Shown: positions 37,246 through 50,500 of the stretch, in pieces
Numbering within the stretch: the stretch's first letter is position 1
Layout of the letters: each line of letters starts with the position of its first letter
Assembly (NCBI RefSeq): GCF_001194135.2
Contig: NC_068986.1
Coordinates: 52,235,226 to 52,293,780 of the forward strand
Source: Octopus bimaculoides
Taxonomy: Eukaryota
Direction of reading: 5' to 3'
DNA length: 58,555 nucleotides
Notes under the pieces: model-generated
Database searches by the model: none
The model's input: only the letters and a program-made list of their open reading frames with translations
What the model was told of the DNA's origin: nothing
Translations under genes and position numbers: made by a program

Positions 37246-37974
37246 GTAAGAGTATATATATAAGGAGACTTGCGCTGTCAGAAATAAAGTGCCTTATCCA
37301 AGAACGAAACGCGTATCAGACATACACGTGGATGCACATACTTATGCACATATCAAAGCACACACACAAACATACGCACACGCACACATGCGTATGTTTG
37401 TGTACGCTAATGAAACATGAAGCGCGGAGATTAGTATAAATATGACTTCGCGGTATGAGGTATGTTTTAATAACTTAATGTTTACTAATGACATGCTGAG
37501 TTAATGTCGGCCTACCGTCCCAGTTTATAAGCTGTTCGGCAAAAGAGCCCGGTGGAATAAGTATCAGACCCCTAAAAAAGTCGATTTGTTCAACTAAACC
37601 CTCGGTATGACTGCAGTCCAGTGATCGAAATAAGACAAGTCTGGGAGTAAAGTCTTCGTTATTTTTTAGTTAACCCTGATTTAGTTTGTCGTTGATTTGG
37701 TTTCAAATATATATGTATATGTACATATATGTATAGTTTTTGGCGAGTATATGGGTGAGCATGTGTGTATTTCAAGCGAGGGTGGTTTAGTATATAAATA
37801 TAGGCGAATGTACGGATTGGTGCGCTTACGCGAACACTATAGACTTCTCTACTCCCTTACTTTTACCCCCTCCCCATACTTAGCGGTCCATAGCTCTTTT
37901 GTCTTAATAACGGTCAACCACACAGTAATTTCCTTTTGTTTAACGGTAATTTTTCACAGGAATTTTCAATGGCC

Positions 37975-38036
37975 GAATAACTGAAGAGATGTTGGCGTAG
38001 GTCCCCACCCCGGCATCCGAAACTCGGATTTTTATC
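37975..38036 (+). ncRNA. Degenerate hammerhead ribozyme-like motif
   Basis: CTGAAGA, 8-bp helix II GATGTTGG/CCGGCATC (one extra C before GAAAC), GAAAC, degenerate helix III (ACTCGGAT), possible helix I ATAA/TTAT. Confidence 0.45.
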
Positions 38037-38124
38037 ATGACTACCGAATAAGTGTCACATATTTTTACAGATACATACATACATACATACATATATATAT
38101 AAATAAATAAATACATATATATAT

Positions 38125-38655
38125 NNNNNNNNNNNNNNNNNNNNNNNNNNNNNNNNNNNNNNNNNNNNNNNNNNNNNNNNNNNNNNNNNNNNNNNNNNNN
38201 NNNNNNNNNNNNNNNNNNNNNNNNNNNNNNNNNNNNNNNNNNNNNNNNNNNNNNNNNNNNNNNNNNNNNNNNNNNNNNNNNNNNNNNNNNNNNNNNNNNN
38301 NNNNNNNNNNNNNNNNNNNNNNNNNNNNNNNNNNNNNNNNNNNNNNNNNNNNNNNNNNNNNNNNNNNNNNNNNNNNNNNNNNNNNNNNNNNNNNNNNNNN
38401 NNNNNNNNNNNNNNNNNNNNNNNNNNNNNNNNNNNNNNNNNNNNNNNNNNNNNNNNNNNNNNNNNNNNNNNNNNNNNNNNNNNNNNNNNNNNNNNNNNNN
38501 NNNNNNNNNNNNNNNNNNNNNNNNNNNNNNNNNNNNNNNNNNNNNNNNNNNNNNNNNNNNNNNNNNNNNNNNNNNNNNNNNNNNNNNNNNNNNNNNNNNN
38601 NNNNNNNNNNNNNNNNNNNNNNNNNNNNNNNNNNNNNNNNNNNNNNNNNNNNNNN
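38125..38655. other. Assembly gap (N)
   Basis: N run. Confidence 1.
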
Positions 38656-39304
38656 CGTTCCGTTGTCTGTAGTTCATTGTTCTAACGTCCTGTACCCTGA
38701 TATGCATCTATATACACATGTAGATGAAAGTATATACATATATGTGTGTATACATGCATATATATTTTTTGTATTATTACATCATTGAACGCACACGTCC
38801 ATTTTGCAAGTAAGACTATATATATAGATAGGTAGATAGATAGATAGATACATACATACATACATACATACATACATGCATACATACACACATGCATACA
38901 TACGTACGTACACACATACATACATACATACATACATACATACATACATACATACATACGTACATACATAGCTATATGTATGTAAGTATATTTATTTAAA
39001 CATCAGTATATATAAATATATACACAGTGAAATGAATCCCCACTTGAATTATATTGTATTTGATACCGGAACTTCAGAAAATAATTACAATATATAATTA
39101 CAATGAATTAATTAAGTTTCTTCCCCGAAAAGGAGCAATAAATAAACGAACAAGATATTTCCTAGAAAATTGAAATAAGTATGGCATTCTCTTAACCTAT
39201 AAAGAGAAATCAAACATAGGCTACAAATGATTCCTATCTGCTAAACTAAAACTGCCAAAAGCAGCTTCCGATTTTTTCGTGATTTAATCAGTCCGGTGAG
39301 CTTT

Positions 39305-39845
39305 TGATCAGGTGTCAAAAGACATGGCACCCCCGAGCAAAACCTTCGTTAAACCAACTTCATTGTACAGAATATTCTCAATTCTCTCACAAAAGATGCT
39401 AATAGAATTGGCTATTTGATTTATAGTCGATGACCTATCATCCACACGATTAATGTCTTCCTCGGTGGCAGCAGTTGCAGAAAATTCAGAACTTAGGTCA
39501 TCTTCGGAACCCTCTCTACCGCTCCTAAATTCAGCTGCGCACTTTTGCACTATTGATAAAGCTGGAGCGTTGCCCCCTAATGCTTGAAACATGTATGCAT
39601 GAATGTCCTTGGGTTTGGGGTGGTGGCTAAACCTTTTTTATGCTGGTAATTGATAATTTTGTCCATTTTGTACAGAACTCCTTATTAGTGAGTTTTAAAG
39701 TTTTCCTTGAAGAGTTAGTTTACCTGGAGAAAGACAAAACAGTTATCAATAAGAGGAGTTGGAATTCATACACTCAAAATTTCACTGTTCTAGTACCATT
39801 CATTCATAGTCAGCGTATGAACCTTTCAGCCCTCCCTGGTGTATA
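39305..39845 (-). mobile_element. 5' portion of a mariner (irritans/Himar-like) transposase, decayed
   Basis: MDKI...KKGLA..KDIHAYMFQALGGNAPALSIVQKCAAEFRSGREGSEDD...ATEEDINRV...TINQIANSISI..ERIENILYNEVGLTKV matches the bipartite HTH region. A TIR-like sequence lies at about 39815-39845. Confidence 0.85.
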
Positions 39846-39879
39846 CCTTATTTAATCACGGTTTGATTCTGCTTCATGC

Positions 39880-40500
39880 AGAACGAACCTAGCGCGTCAG
39901 TAATAGGATGTGGCTTCTAGATGTTAGATCTCTCTGTTAGATTAGGTCACATGGAGCTATTTGTCTAGATGCAACATCAGTTCTATTCGCTGTTCAAAGA
40001 TCCTATGGTTGGACAGGATGATGGTACGTAGCTGTCGTCTCTATGTCAAGAGACTTTGGCATGTTATATTTAGCTACAAAGAGAGGGCAGTGCTAACGCG
40101 CATCAGTGGATAAGTAACATTATAGCAGTGGAGTTACCAGGTTTGGAGGTACTAGGTTGGATTTTCAGCTAGAATGGGGCTGTAGTATATGCAAGTGGCA
40201 TGGATTAAGTACCGTATCCTTGAGTATGGAGCAAGCAAGTCTAAAGTAGTATATCTGGATTGTGGGCTATCAGCGATCTGAAGTTCATTGATAGAGCGTA
40301 TGCCAGGTCGCAACAATAAGATAGTTCATTCTTCCTGTAAGTTAGTGGGATATGTTCAGTCTCTGCTAAATGCATGTGACAACGACATTTGCGTAGGGTA
40401 AAGACATGTTCAATGAGTTTTTCAGTAAAATTCTTAATTAGAACGCCATACCGTCTGCCGATGAGACTGTATCGGCGCTATTCAACAGTTTTTTTTGTGG
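39880..40500 (-). mobile_element. Possible RTE-type LINE relic
   Basis: Frameshifted HR-RQLRTII...SNREI motif typical of the RTE post-RT region. Heavily decayed. Confidence 0.3.
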
Positions 40501-40619
40501 TGCAATCTACATAAATTACAAAATAATATGAGAAAATTTGTATGCAATGTTTTCAATGTTTCACAAGTTGATGGGAGCTAAAGTTATGATTTACATTTTA
40601 ATATTTACGCTTAATGTAA

Positions 40620-40822
40620 GGTAGTGATCTGACGGAAACGTTAGCCCGCCGGGCAAAATGCTAGGCAGCATTTCTTCCGTCTTTACGTCCTGAGTTCAAA
40701 TGCCATAAGGATCGATTTCCCTTTCATCCTCTCGTGGTCGATAAAAGAAGTACCAGTTGAACACTGGAGTTGATGTAATGGACTTACCCTCTTACCCGAA
40801 ATTGCTGAGCTTGCGCCAAAAT
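40620..40822 (+). mobile_element. SINE family A, tail type 2
   Basis: gaaacgttagcccgccgggcaaaatgc...cctgagttcaaat...gtaccagttgaacactggagttgatgtaat. Confidence 0.9.
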
Positions 40823-41814
40823 GTTTGTATAAATATTTATGCTTAATGAAAGTTATTTGTTTACTAATAAAATATATGTAGTAACAAACCTTTATTTTTC
40901 ATTATAGAGGCTTAACACATTTAGTAGAATTAATAAATTTCAATTATATTCTCTTTTATTTTTAATCATATTTATGTCTCACTTTTGTCATTCTTTGTCT
41001 ATCTCCCTCTCTCAGTTAATCAGTTCTTTTTCTTGTGTGTTTCCATTCGTTCTTGTATTCTGTTGTTTTCTGCATCAACAAGCACACACATACACACACA
41101 TGCGCTATCACACACAAGCATTCCCTCACCCCTACACCACTCCACTCCCACCACACCTCTCACACACAACTACACATCAAATTGCTAGAGTCGTTAGAAT
41201 CTCAGAAAGAATGGTTAACTTAATTGCTCCGACATTTTGTCTTCTGGGTTCAAATACCTCCATACCCAAATTCAGTGGTAGTGTTAACCCTCGCTTGATT
41301 TAAATTTTAACATCATTACCTGGCATCTTGGCTGCCTTTAGCTTGGTCTACTCTGTTGCAATGAATTGAGCCAAGATCCCACCTTGAGGGTACCTTCTGC
41401 CTCGCTCCCTTCCTCCATCCTCCTCTCCCCCAGTTTAACCTTGGAAGCCCCATAAAAGTTCATGGGTATTGTCACCTCTTCTGACTGAATGCGAAAAACA
41501 GCGAACTTTGCTTTCATTCACCCCGTCATTCAAAAAACGCCGTCATTCCCAATAGTAATTTAATCAGTGTAGAAAATCATAAAATTATAAACTATACGAT
41601 ACAAATGTCATAGTATTGTTTATAGTGTCCACAGAAGCTTCCTTGTCGATTAGATTACACTCAGCTTAACTCTGGTCGATTACACTTACAATAACACACA
41701 GAGAGTCCAATCAGGACCGTCTCTACTTGACTCGGGTGTTGCAAATTTTAGAATATATCTCATTACCCACAACGTGTTCCTATCCTTTTCGATATACTAT
41801 AATGCCCTAATATT

Positions 41815-41991
41815 GATTTCAGATTTTGGCTCAAAGCTAGCAACTTCATGGAATGGGAAAGTCGATGACATCGACCCCAGTACATCACTAGTACATATTT
41901 TATCAACCCTGAAAGGTAAAGTCAACCTCGGTTGAATTTGAACTCAGAACATTAAGATGGACGAAATGCTACTAAGCATTCTGCCCGGCGT
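41815..41991 (-). mobile_element. SINE family A, tail type 2
   Basis: ttttggctcaaagctagc...catcgaccccagtac...aatttgaactcagaac. Confidence 0.88.
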
Positions 41992-42724
41992 AATATGTTG
42001 TAATATTGATATTTTAACTGCAGCAGTTTTGCATTCCATTCTTTGCAAAGTTATTTTAAAGTGTATTGGCAAACAACGTCGAATGTATTTGGGGTTAAGA
42101 TCTTGTTCCTGTTATTTAGGGTCAAATCATTTTAAATTGAGCAGATCAATGACAAAAGGCTTTCCAGGCACGACCATTTCGTACATTTATATATTTCGAC
42201 AGCATAGTATAATGGTATTTTATCCCAAGACGGAAAGATGTTATTTGAGACAGATTCACAGGTATTTCTAAGAGAAACTATCTCTTTGGCTCCACTGTAT
42301 AGCTATCAGTTTGAAAGTTTGTTTCCCCAACATACTGGACATTCACGTAAAATTTGAGCATAATTTAATTAGAAATCCTAAAGGCAACATGCAGGAAAAT
42401 TATAAAAATAATATTTGTTTTACACCTTCATGTGCTAAATCACTAAGCATTTATACGTTCCTATGTAATCTTCGATTTTTTTTTTTAATGTTATAGGATA
42501 AATCAACAATAGTAATAATAGGAATGTAACACTACAAAACCATTTCTTGACTTAATCCGTCGCCGGCCTGAACACCATTGCGTTTAGCAGAATAGAGAAC
42601 GCTAGGCTGCAAGTATTCGAGGTCAAGTATCTGGGCTGAGAGAAACTTCTTCCATTGCTCCTATCTGAAAAAGAATGTGAGCGCTGTGCTTCTGTATTTC
42701 AGTAGTAAGATAAACATGTGTACA

Positions 42725-42866
42725 TAATACATACATACATACATACATACATACATGCATAAATACATACATACATACATACATACATACATACATACGT
42801 ACATACATACATATATACATACATACGTACGTACATACATATATACATACATACGTACGTACATAC
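42725..42866. repeat. (TACA)n microsatellite
   Basis: Direct reading. Confidence 0.95.
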
Positions 42867-43437
42867 CTATGCGGCACGACGTTGCTGCTAAAAAAATTTA
42901 CAATGCCATCCACAAAAAAGACCGTCCTGAAATAAACTTAGAAAATCATTCTGTTACGGCATACATTCATAAACACCAACTCAAAGAATACTGGTGGAAT
43001 ATTCCCATCAAATCTTCTGTTAAATTTAAACATAACATGCCGTATATTGTTGTTTAGGACAGAGGAGCAATGGAATGTACCATCACAGAGGTCAGCTGCC
43101 CTGCAGATATAAATATCTCTTTGAAAATCAAAGGAAAAGAGGATATCTATGGACAACAGCTTCGAAACCTCCAGCTTCTATATCCAGACTATGAATTCAT
43201 ATTCATAGCAATAATAATTGGAGCACTAGGTTTTATTAGTAAATACTTAAAGGAGAATCTGGATAAACTGGAATTTTCAGAAAGAGAAATCGACCGGCTA
43301 ATTCATACATTACAAGTGCAATCTGTGAGTGGAACAGTAAAAATATGCAAGTTCTTCCCAAGCATCGAGCCTTGTATCTTTCTTGGAAACCGGCTCCCTC
43401 CGCAGTGGAAAATTTATATAATTAAAAATTAGAAGAG
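42867..43437 (+). mobile_element. 3' fragment of an RLE-type (R4-like) non-LTR retrotransposon
   Basis: MRHDVAAKKIY...EYWWNIPIKSSVKFKHNMPYIVV*DRG..CTITEVSCPADIN...KEDIYGQQLRNLQLLYPDYEFIFIAIIIGALG...LQVQSVSGTVKICKFF carries the RHD, (P)D-IVV-like, E-V-S-C-P, K..Y and IIIGALG RLE motifs. Confidence 0.88.
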
Positions 43438-43444
43438 ACATACA

Positions 43445-44721
43445 TATGATATGAAATCAAAAATTATGGGCACTTTCGCCATAACATATCTTTTTTATTT
43501 TTATTGTCACACTGCCTTCTGTCACGTGATCGAAGTTTCAACCTGATCGCGCCATTTTTCTTTCTGGCTTTGCAGTGTAAGCATGGCCGCTCTACCAGCA
43601 GTGTGCACGAAAGAAGAACACAGAGCAGTGATCCGATTTCTCTTGTCGGAAGGTGTGTCATTTGCTGAAATTCATTGAATGGTTTTAGCACAACACGGGG
43701 CAGTGCACTACCGAGTAGAAGTGTGTATGCGTGGATCGAGAATTTTAAAACTGGCCAGACAAGCGTGGCACATGAAGAGGGAGCAGGATGCCCATCAACC
43801 TCCACTACTGACAAGAAAATTCAGCAAGCTCATGAGATCGTAATGGTGAATTGGCGAGTTATGATCGATGAGGTAGCTCGTTCTCTGCAGATTAGTAATA
43901 GTTCTGCCTATCGAATCATCGACGATGAGCTCAGCTTCTTTAAAGTATGTGCAAGATAGGTGCCAAGAGTGATTACTGCAGAGCACAAGTACAAACCTCT
44001 TGAAGTCTGCCAACGATTACTCGATCGCTACAACAATGATGGGGAGGAATGTTTGAGCAGAAAAGTCACAAGAATGAAACGTGGGTCTCATTATGTGGCA
44101 GAATGCAGAAGACAGAGTATAGAGTGGTAATATTCTGGCAGTGACGAAGAAATTCAAGACTCAGTTTTCTGCGGTAAAGGTGATGCTAACCCTATTTTGT
44201 GACTCAAAATGGCCTATACTGAAAGACTACCTGGAAAAGGGGCGTACGATCAACAGTGCAAGATATAGTGCTTTTCTGGCCAAAAAACTAAAGCCAGCAA
44301 TTTGCACGAAACGCCGAAGCCTATTTATTATCGAAGAAAAGTCTGTTGTTGCATGACAATGCGCGCCTACACACGGCTACCCAGACTGTTGGAACCATTA
44401 AGTAATTGGGTTTGAGGTGCTGGAACACCTGCCTACAGCTTAGATCTCGCCCCTTTCGACTATGTCTTTGGACCGCTCAAAGATGGTTTACGAGGTCGTC
44501 GATTTCCTATGGATGAAGATGTGTAGGAAGCGGTGCATAAATGGTTGAACGACCAACCGAAAACCTTCTTGGAGGGAATACGCCAGCTTGTGGACCACTG
44601 GACCCAGTACTCAGAAAAGGAAGGAGACTATATATAAAAATGACGTACTTGTTTATACCCTGCTTTTGTGTAAACACATTGAAAAAACAAGAGTGCGTAT
44701 AGTTTTTAATTCGCCCTCGTA
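43445..44721 (+). mobile_element. Near full-length (~1.28 kb) decayed mariner transposon
   Basis: TA at both ends. Degenerate 30-bp TIRs (20/30 matches by eye). ATG at 43583: MAALPAVCTKEEHRAVIRFLLSEG..., then remnants VPR, ETWVSHY, PILKDYLEKGRTINSARY, LHDNAR, LAPFDY and GRRF. Multiple stops and frameshifts. Confidence 0.93.
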
Positions 44722-44790
44722 CATACATACATTCATACATACATACATGCATACATACATACATACATACATACATACATACATACATAC
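44722..44790. repeat. (TACA)n microsatellite
   Basis: Direct reading. Confidence 0.95.
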
Positions 44791-45313
44791 AGGCACACAC
44801 TTGCAGGTATGTGTATGGAGGAGGTTAAACTTTTGTACAGGAGTACAGCAGAGAAACATACTGAATAACAGGAAACACACCCCTAGTAGACGCGGACATG
44901 GTGACTCCTTCATTAGTTACCGACGAAATATCACCAGAATTACGGAAATCTCCGATAACATTGTACAATTCGGCAGTGTCAGCAACATAAGAATATGAAA
45001 GACGGACAAGAAAAGAAACAATGAGACAAGAGGAATAGCTGAGGTTTCGAAACCGAGCAATGTATAAATACGTCTTGAAGAGAACGTGAAAATTATGTAC
45101 AACGAAATAGGCAAAGACAGAGTAAGAAAATCGTAAACAAAGAATTTCTTGCGACTATGAGATAAGAATGGCCGTGTTGTGCGATGTAATGCAAAAACTG
45201 GAAAGACGGTTTTTCTTTTGGGCTTAAAAAACCCATAAAATAGGAAATATATTTAAGTAAAAATAGTAGGCAGAATGACCTATAGGGGGTGAATATAAAG
45301 AGGAAGGGAAGAT

Positions 45314-45417
<104 letters not shown>

Positions 45418-46146
45418 TGATATAGCGTTAAGTCCTATGTTTCTATGAGTTTAAGTTTATATGAGTCCCTCCAGAAATCTCTTCAAAGATCAAATATATA
45501 ATTATCGATCGTTATCTCAAATACAAAACATTTATTCCCAAATGAGCAGAAGAACATGTCAAGAAAGCAATGAATACTTTCCGTCAGTTGTACAAAGTTA
45601 GTAGCCAGAAAATTTGACTGTGTAAAGCATTGATAATTATAATGATATTGCCTTGAAAATGTCAAGTATCTTAAATTAGAACATAATCTAATAAAATGGA
45701 ACATCATCAAACAAAGCTACACTATACGTCAATGTATACCGAAACTTCACACCAATCTAGAAAAGTTTGAGATATTTAAACGTCCTGCGATATGATTGAA
45801 GATAAAATTTTGCATATTATCCAGTTGCTTTCATTATTAGTTTTAGAAAATTCGTTTTGGTCATCTTTCATACGTTTGTATATTCAATGCTTACTCATTC
45901 AAACCCGAGGTAATGCTTCTCCTTACGACAGTGATAATGACATCTGAGATATTCCACATATTTGAGCACGTGAGAAGCTTTAACCAATGAGAATCAGTCT
46001 AGTTGACGCGATTGGACAAACATCTTCATTCTTTCACTAAATACTGTCAGAACGATCGTGTCTGTACTACGTATGTGAAACTGGCTAGCAAGGGAATAAT
46101 TATCATATAAATATATGAACATGAATACATACACACATACACAAAG

Positions 46147-46179
<33 letters not shown>

Positions 46180-47510
46180 CATACATACATACATACATAA
46201 TCTATGTCAATTTTGTTTGCGCCCCCAATACAATATATCGAAGTTCTACTGTCTTGAGCAAATCATTAATTTGAAATCAAATTTTTGGAGTAAAGATAGA
46301 ATGGAGAATGTTACTGGTATTTGATACTGATAGTGAAATACTAGTCTTGAAGCAATACACCAAAACTCAATGGCAATAGAGTGAATCGTATTATCAATGG
46401 AAAGAATCTGTAAAAAAATTGGACTTCAAATCTTTACTACATGGCATGAACATTTTATTGGTCGTGGTCTAGGAAAGGAATTCGTAGAAATGAAATGCCA
46501 CTATAATATTCAACAGTGACTGGTCGTGTAAGAACTGAACTTGTATTGCCATTCTCTATAAGGAAAGAAAAGCAAATGAAGGATTTTATTACGGATGATA
46601 TTATTTAGGATAATTTCAATAGTGTATAGTTCCTGAAAATTCTAAATCGTTGTAGAACATTAGGCTAGAAGAAATTTACACACCGTTTTCACTTTAGATA
46701 ACTGCATTGCAGGCGGGAGGAGATTTCTTTTATATTTTCTCGGACTGGTATAAGTGTACACGAATCTAATTATCTTACACTGATATCTGGCGGCTCGCTG
46801 CTATCAATGAGAAAACACCAAAATTGTTATTGGCCGTATCTTCAAATTGACCGTACACGTAGCATTCTTATTAGATATTTGCTTCCAATATATTATATTT
46901 CAGCCTTTAGCTGAGTGATACGCGCCCTGATCAGCAGTTATGAAGCAATCAGTTTCTCACTTACTGTTGAGAGCTTTGGAGACAGATCTATCGAAATCAT
47001 TTTCTCGAAATTGTGTTTATTCAAGAAGAGATTGTGCTGCTTGTCAGAATCGACTGCATTTAAGGCTTTAGATTGATATATTCAGCAGAGCGATAGACAA
47101 AATGTTTTCTGGTAATTACCTATGCCTATTTAGATTTTGTATCCGATAAGAAGTTCATCATTGTGCCTTAACTCTGCAGCCTCGTTTTATATTAGAAACA
47201 ATTGTTCAGCATTTGTTTTCTATGTATGATGCAATAACAGTATCACTACTAATAGGATGTTTACATATTCATTGAAGGAAGTATTAGAAATGTAACTGCG
47301 CGAAATAAACATCAAAGATGGTTTGCTTCCAGAAGCTATTTAAAGATATGTCAAGCACTTATAATGGCGACTAAAGCTATCGCAATTTTGGAAATACCTT
47401 TATATCTTCAGCAAAGATTTCAGGGTGACATGCGTTTCACCCCTTACTGTTGTTAAAAGATAATACTAGTTAATAACGAACATTATTTTAACTGCTTCAA
47501 CGAGAGTGAC

Positions 47511-47555
47511 GCCTCTAAACATGTTTCCTATTATTATGACCTCATCAGCAAAAGC
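47511..47555 (-). ncRNA. Minimal type-I hammerhead motif with an intact core but broken helix II
   Basis: Minus strand: GCTTTTG CTGATGA GGTCATAATAATAG GAAAC AT GT T TAGAGGC. Helix I is 7 bp (three GU); helix III palindrome AACATGTT; cleavage triplet GTT. Confidence 0.6.
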
Positions 47556-50500
47556 ATACATCTCACCATTCTTACCTAAGTAGTGATGGGAAAATCACTA
47601 AAGAAATATAAAAGTTTGCAAGTTGATTGGTGTTAGCAATATCAAATTCTATATAGACATTAACTGCATGAAATATAATACTTAAGCAAACGTTAAGATA
47701 TTTAATGCAGCAAATACTCTCGTTTTCGTAACATAGAAAGAAGTGCGAATTAAAATATTTCATACTGCTCTCTGCATGTTATACGGTGTTGCTGCTGCTG
47801 TGTACTTAAATAGAGATGTATAAATCATGTCCAGTATACAGTTTAAGAAACTCTGGTAAACTAACGTAATGAATAATGATAGAATATCAACTGCGATTTT
47901 TCTTTTTGGCACTATACTTTTGTTTATTTTAAAAATGGCGTCTAGGGAAATCAAGTATCATGAAAGCAATATATTAGAAATACATTGCGGCAGACGGGGA
48001 TAACAGCAAACACTTTTACCACTATGGAAATCAGCAAATCTGACAGTAAGAATCAACACTACAACACATCAATTCTGGGGATCGATTGCAAAATACCGAC
48101 AGTATTTATTGCTGTTATTGTCATTGTCGTTGCAGGTGATATGTTAGTTATTGCTGCTGATACCATTGTTGCTGTTACCACTGTTGATGATGTTGTTATT
48201 ACTTATGCTTTCGTTATTATTGGTTGCAAATTCTGTTTTTATTTAGCCTCAGGTCAGTTCTGACGAAGCAAATTTATGATCAAAGCCTTTCAGCCTTCAG
48301 CGTTTCATTATATTTTAAAATAATGCACCCAAGATTGCATTATCCAAAATGTCCTTCTTCCTTTCTTTTTAAAAATATTATTACGTGCTCTGAAGGAAAA
48401 ATTTGCTATTTGCAATAGTTGCACATTATGCGGACACATAGTCAACTCCTCGTTCGCTCCTTATATTTTTTGGACAGCGGCTGATGATGCATCCCTTTTG
48501 TTAATGCTGCTATTGTTGTTGTTGCTCTTGGTATAGTTTTCGTTGCAATTGTTGAAGTCGTAGTTTTTCTCCTATTATTTTTATTACTAGCATTATAATT
48601 CGTGTTGCTACTGAAGTTGTTTTAGTCTTAGTTTTCTTTTATATTAGTGATATTTGTTAATCTTATTGTTTGGTGATATCTTTTCATTTATTCTTTATCC
48701 ATTCATTTATATTATTCTTTTTTTTTATTGATTATTGTTAGTTATTTATTGTTGTTCTTCCCATTTATCTTTGCTACTAGCCATATTCTTTGCGTTTGTT
48801 ACTGTAGCTGTTGTTGGTTTGGTTTTACTTTAATTTTCTACGTCTATTATATTTGTTGTAACTGATACAATTTCATTTATGATACATCATATTGTTATTA
48901 ATTTTGTTTTTCTTGCCACGTCTGAAATGGAAAATCAAATATTATTAAAGCAACCAAGATGCATTACTTCTAACTTCGTAGTAAATAAATCCTAGCAGGC
49001 TTTGCCCTATATGTCGTCTAGCTGTTATGTTTGCTCCTATAAAGACCAAGGCTAGATTGATTATTATTATAGTATTTCAATGAAGGGCGCCGATTGTTAG
49101 AATCACTAGAGCGACGGAAATATGCACATTGCGTTGTGAGTTTATACACTGCTTTGGCCAATTTTGCTTTTCATCACCGCAAGGTTGATGAAATAAGGTA
49201 TCACTTTTGTACTGATAGGGCAATGGCATCCATCAAGCAACTCTCTTCTCAACATTGCATGTACCTAATTCAGACACCATTATTCAAGCTCTTTACGTTC
49301 TGAATATATATCCAACCTGTATCAACTTTAGCATTCATTCTTTGATAAAATAAAATAGTTGATAAAATAAAATATCAGTGAAATATTGAAGTGAATGCTA
49401 CACATTAGCATCCTCTCCTCGAAATTATTGGTCTTATGCCTATATCAGAAACCATTACCATATTGAAAATATATAGCTTCTACCTTTTCGTAAAACTTCA
49501 TCTAAAATATAGTTGTAACTGTAGTTTTCTTGTAGATATTCTTGTCGCTCTGCAGGATTGGACTTGATAGAGCAACATATTGGGAAATGTTTTGGGGCCG
49601 TAATAGGCGTTGGGTAAATGCTTTGCATTGTTCCGAATCTTTGCGTTCTGAGTTCATATCCTATCGCCTTCAACTTAGCAATCCATATTTTCGGGTGTAA
49701 CAAATAAGGAACCATACAAATTCTACATCGATTCTTTTCTCAATAGTTAAAGTGGTACAGAGTTATTGAGCGAGGCTTTCTCATCCGTGATGACCTGAAT
49801 CTAAACATCAAACAAGCACGAATTTTCATTCCTGTATTTCCTGCCACCTTCAGCCAACCCCGATTGATTTACTTGTCCCTCAACTCGTCCTCTTAATGTG
49901 TTTACCACTTCTAACGCTCTCCACTTCTAACATCTTTTTGGTTAATATTGTCTTTCTTTTCCATATTTCACCTGCAGTTGTTCTCAAGACTATCAACCAT
50001 ATCGGTACCCACTACTGTCAGTGAACCAAGGAGACAAGCCCTTCTCTAAGAATGGTTTATTATAGAGAACATATCTTCATCATGTTGCGGCCGTTATGAA
50101 GTCACAAATTACCAGCTTCTCTGGACTAGATAAACTGCAATTAATCCAGATTTACAGTACAGAAATCATGTCATTCTATTGTTTTAGAAAGGAGAACATA
50201 ACGAATACCCAGTACTACAATATCTTGATGATATTATCGTTACTTGTTCTAAGGTGGAACAGTAGCGATCATACTCGGAACTAGCTTGAATGCATGCACC
50301 GTAGTGGTTCCGCTCATGTTACTTAATGACCAAGGTGTCAAACCGGTCAATGGATTAAATCTACTATCCTATAGGTTTCTACGTTCAGTTTTTGGAATTG
50401 GTTTTGAATTTCAGTCGCAGGGTTTGGTTGCATGCAGGTTGTGGGAGATGAAACTTACTAAAGGAATCGGGTAGTCGGAGCGAACCCAAAATCGCGTGTT

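Noticed and set aside
45035-45090. Possible minus-strand hammerhead (CGAAAC present)
   Set aside because: The upstream core reads TTCAAGA and helix II does not pair convincingly; too degenerate to call.
49950-50070. Strong + strand splice-acceptor-like tract (tttcttttccatatttcacctgcag)
   Set aside because: All three downstream frames close within about 30 codons, and the minus strand looks more like a decayed RTE 3' end.
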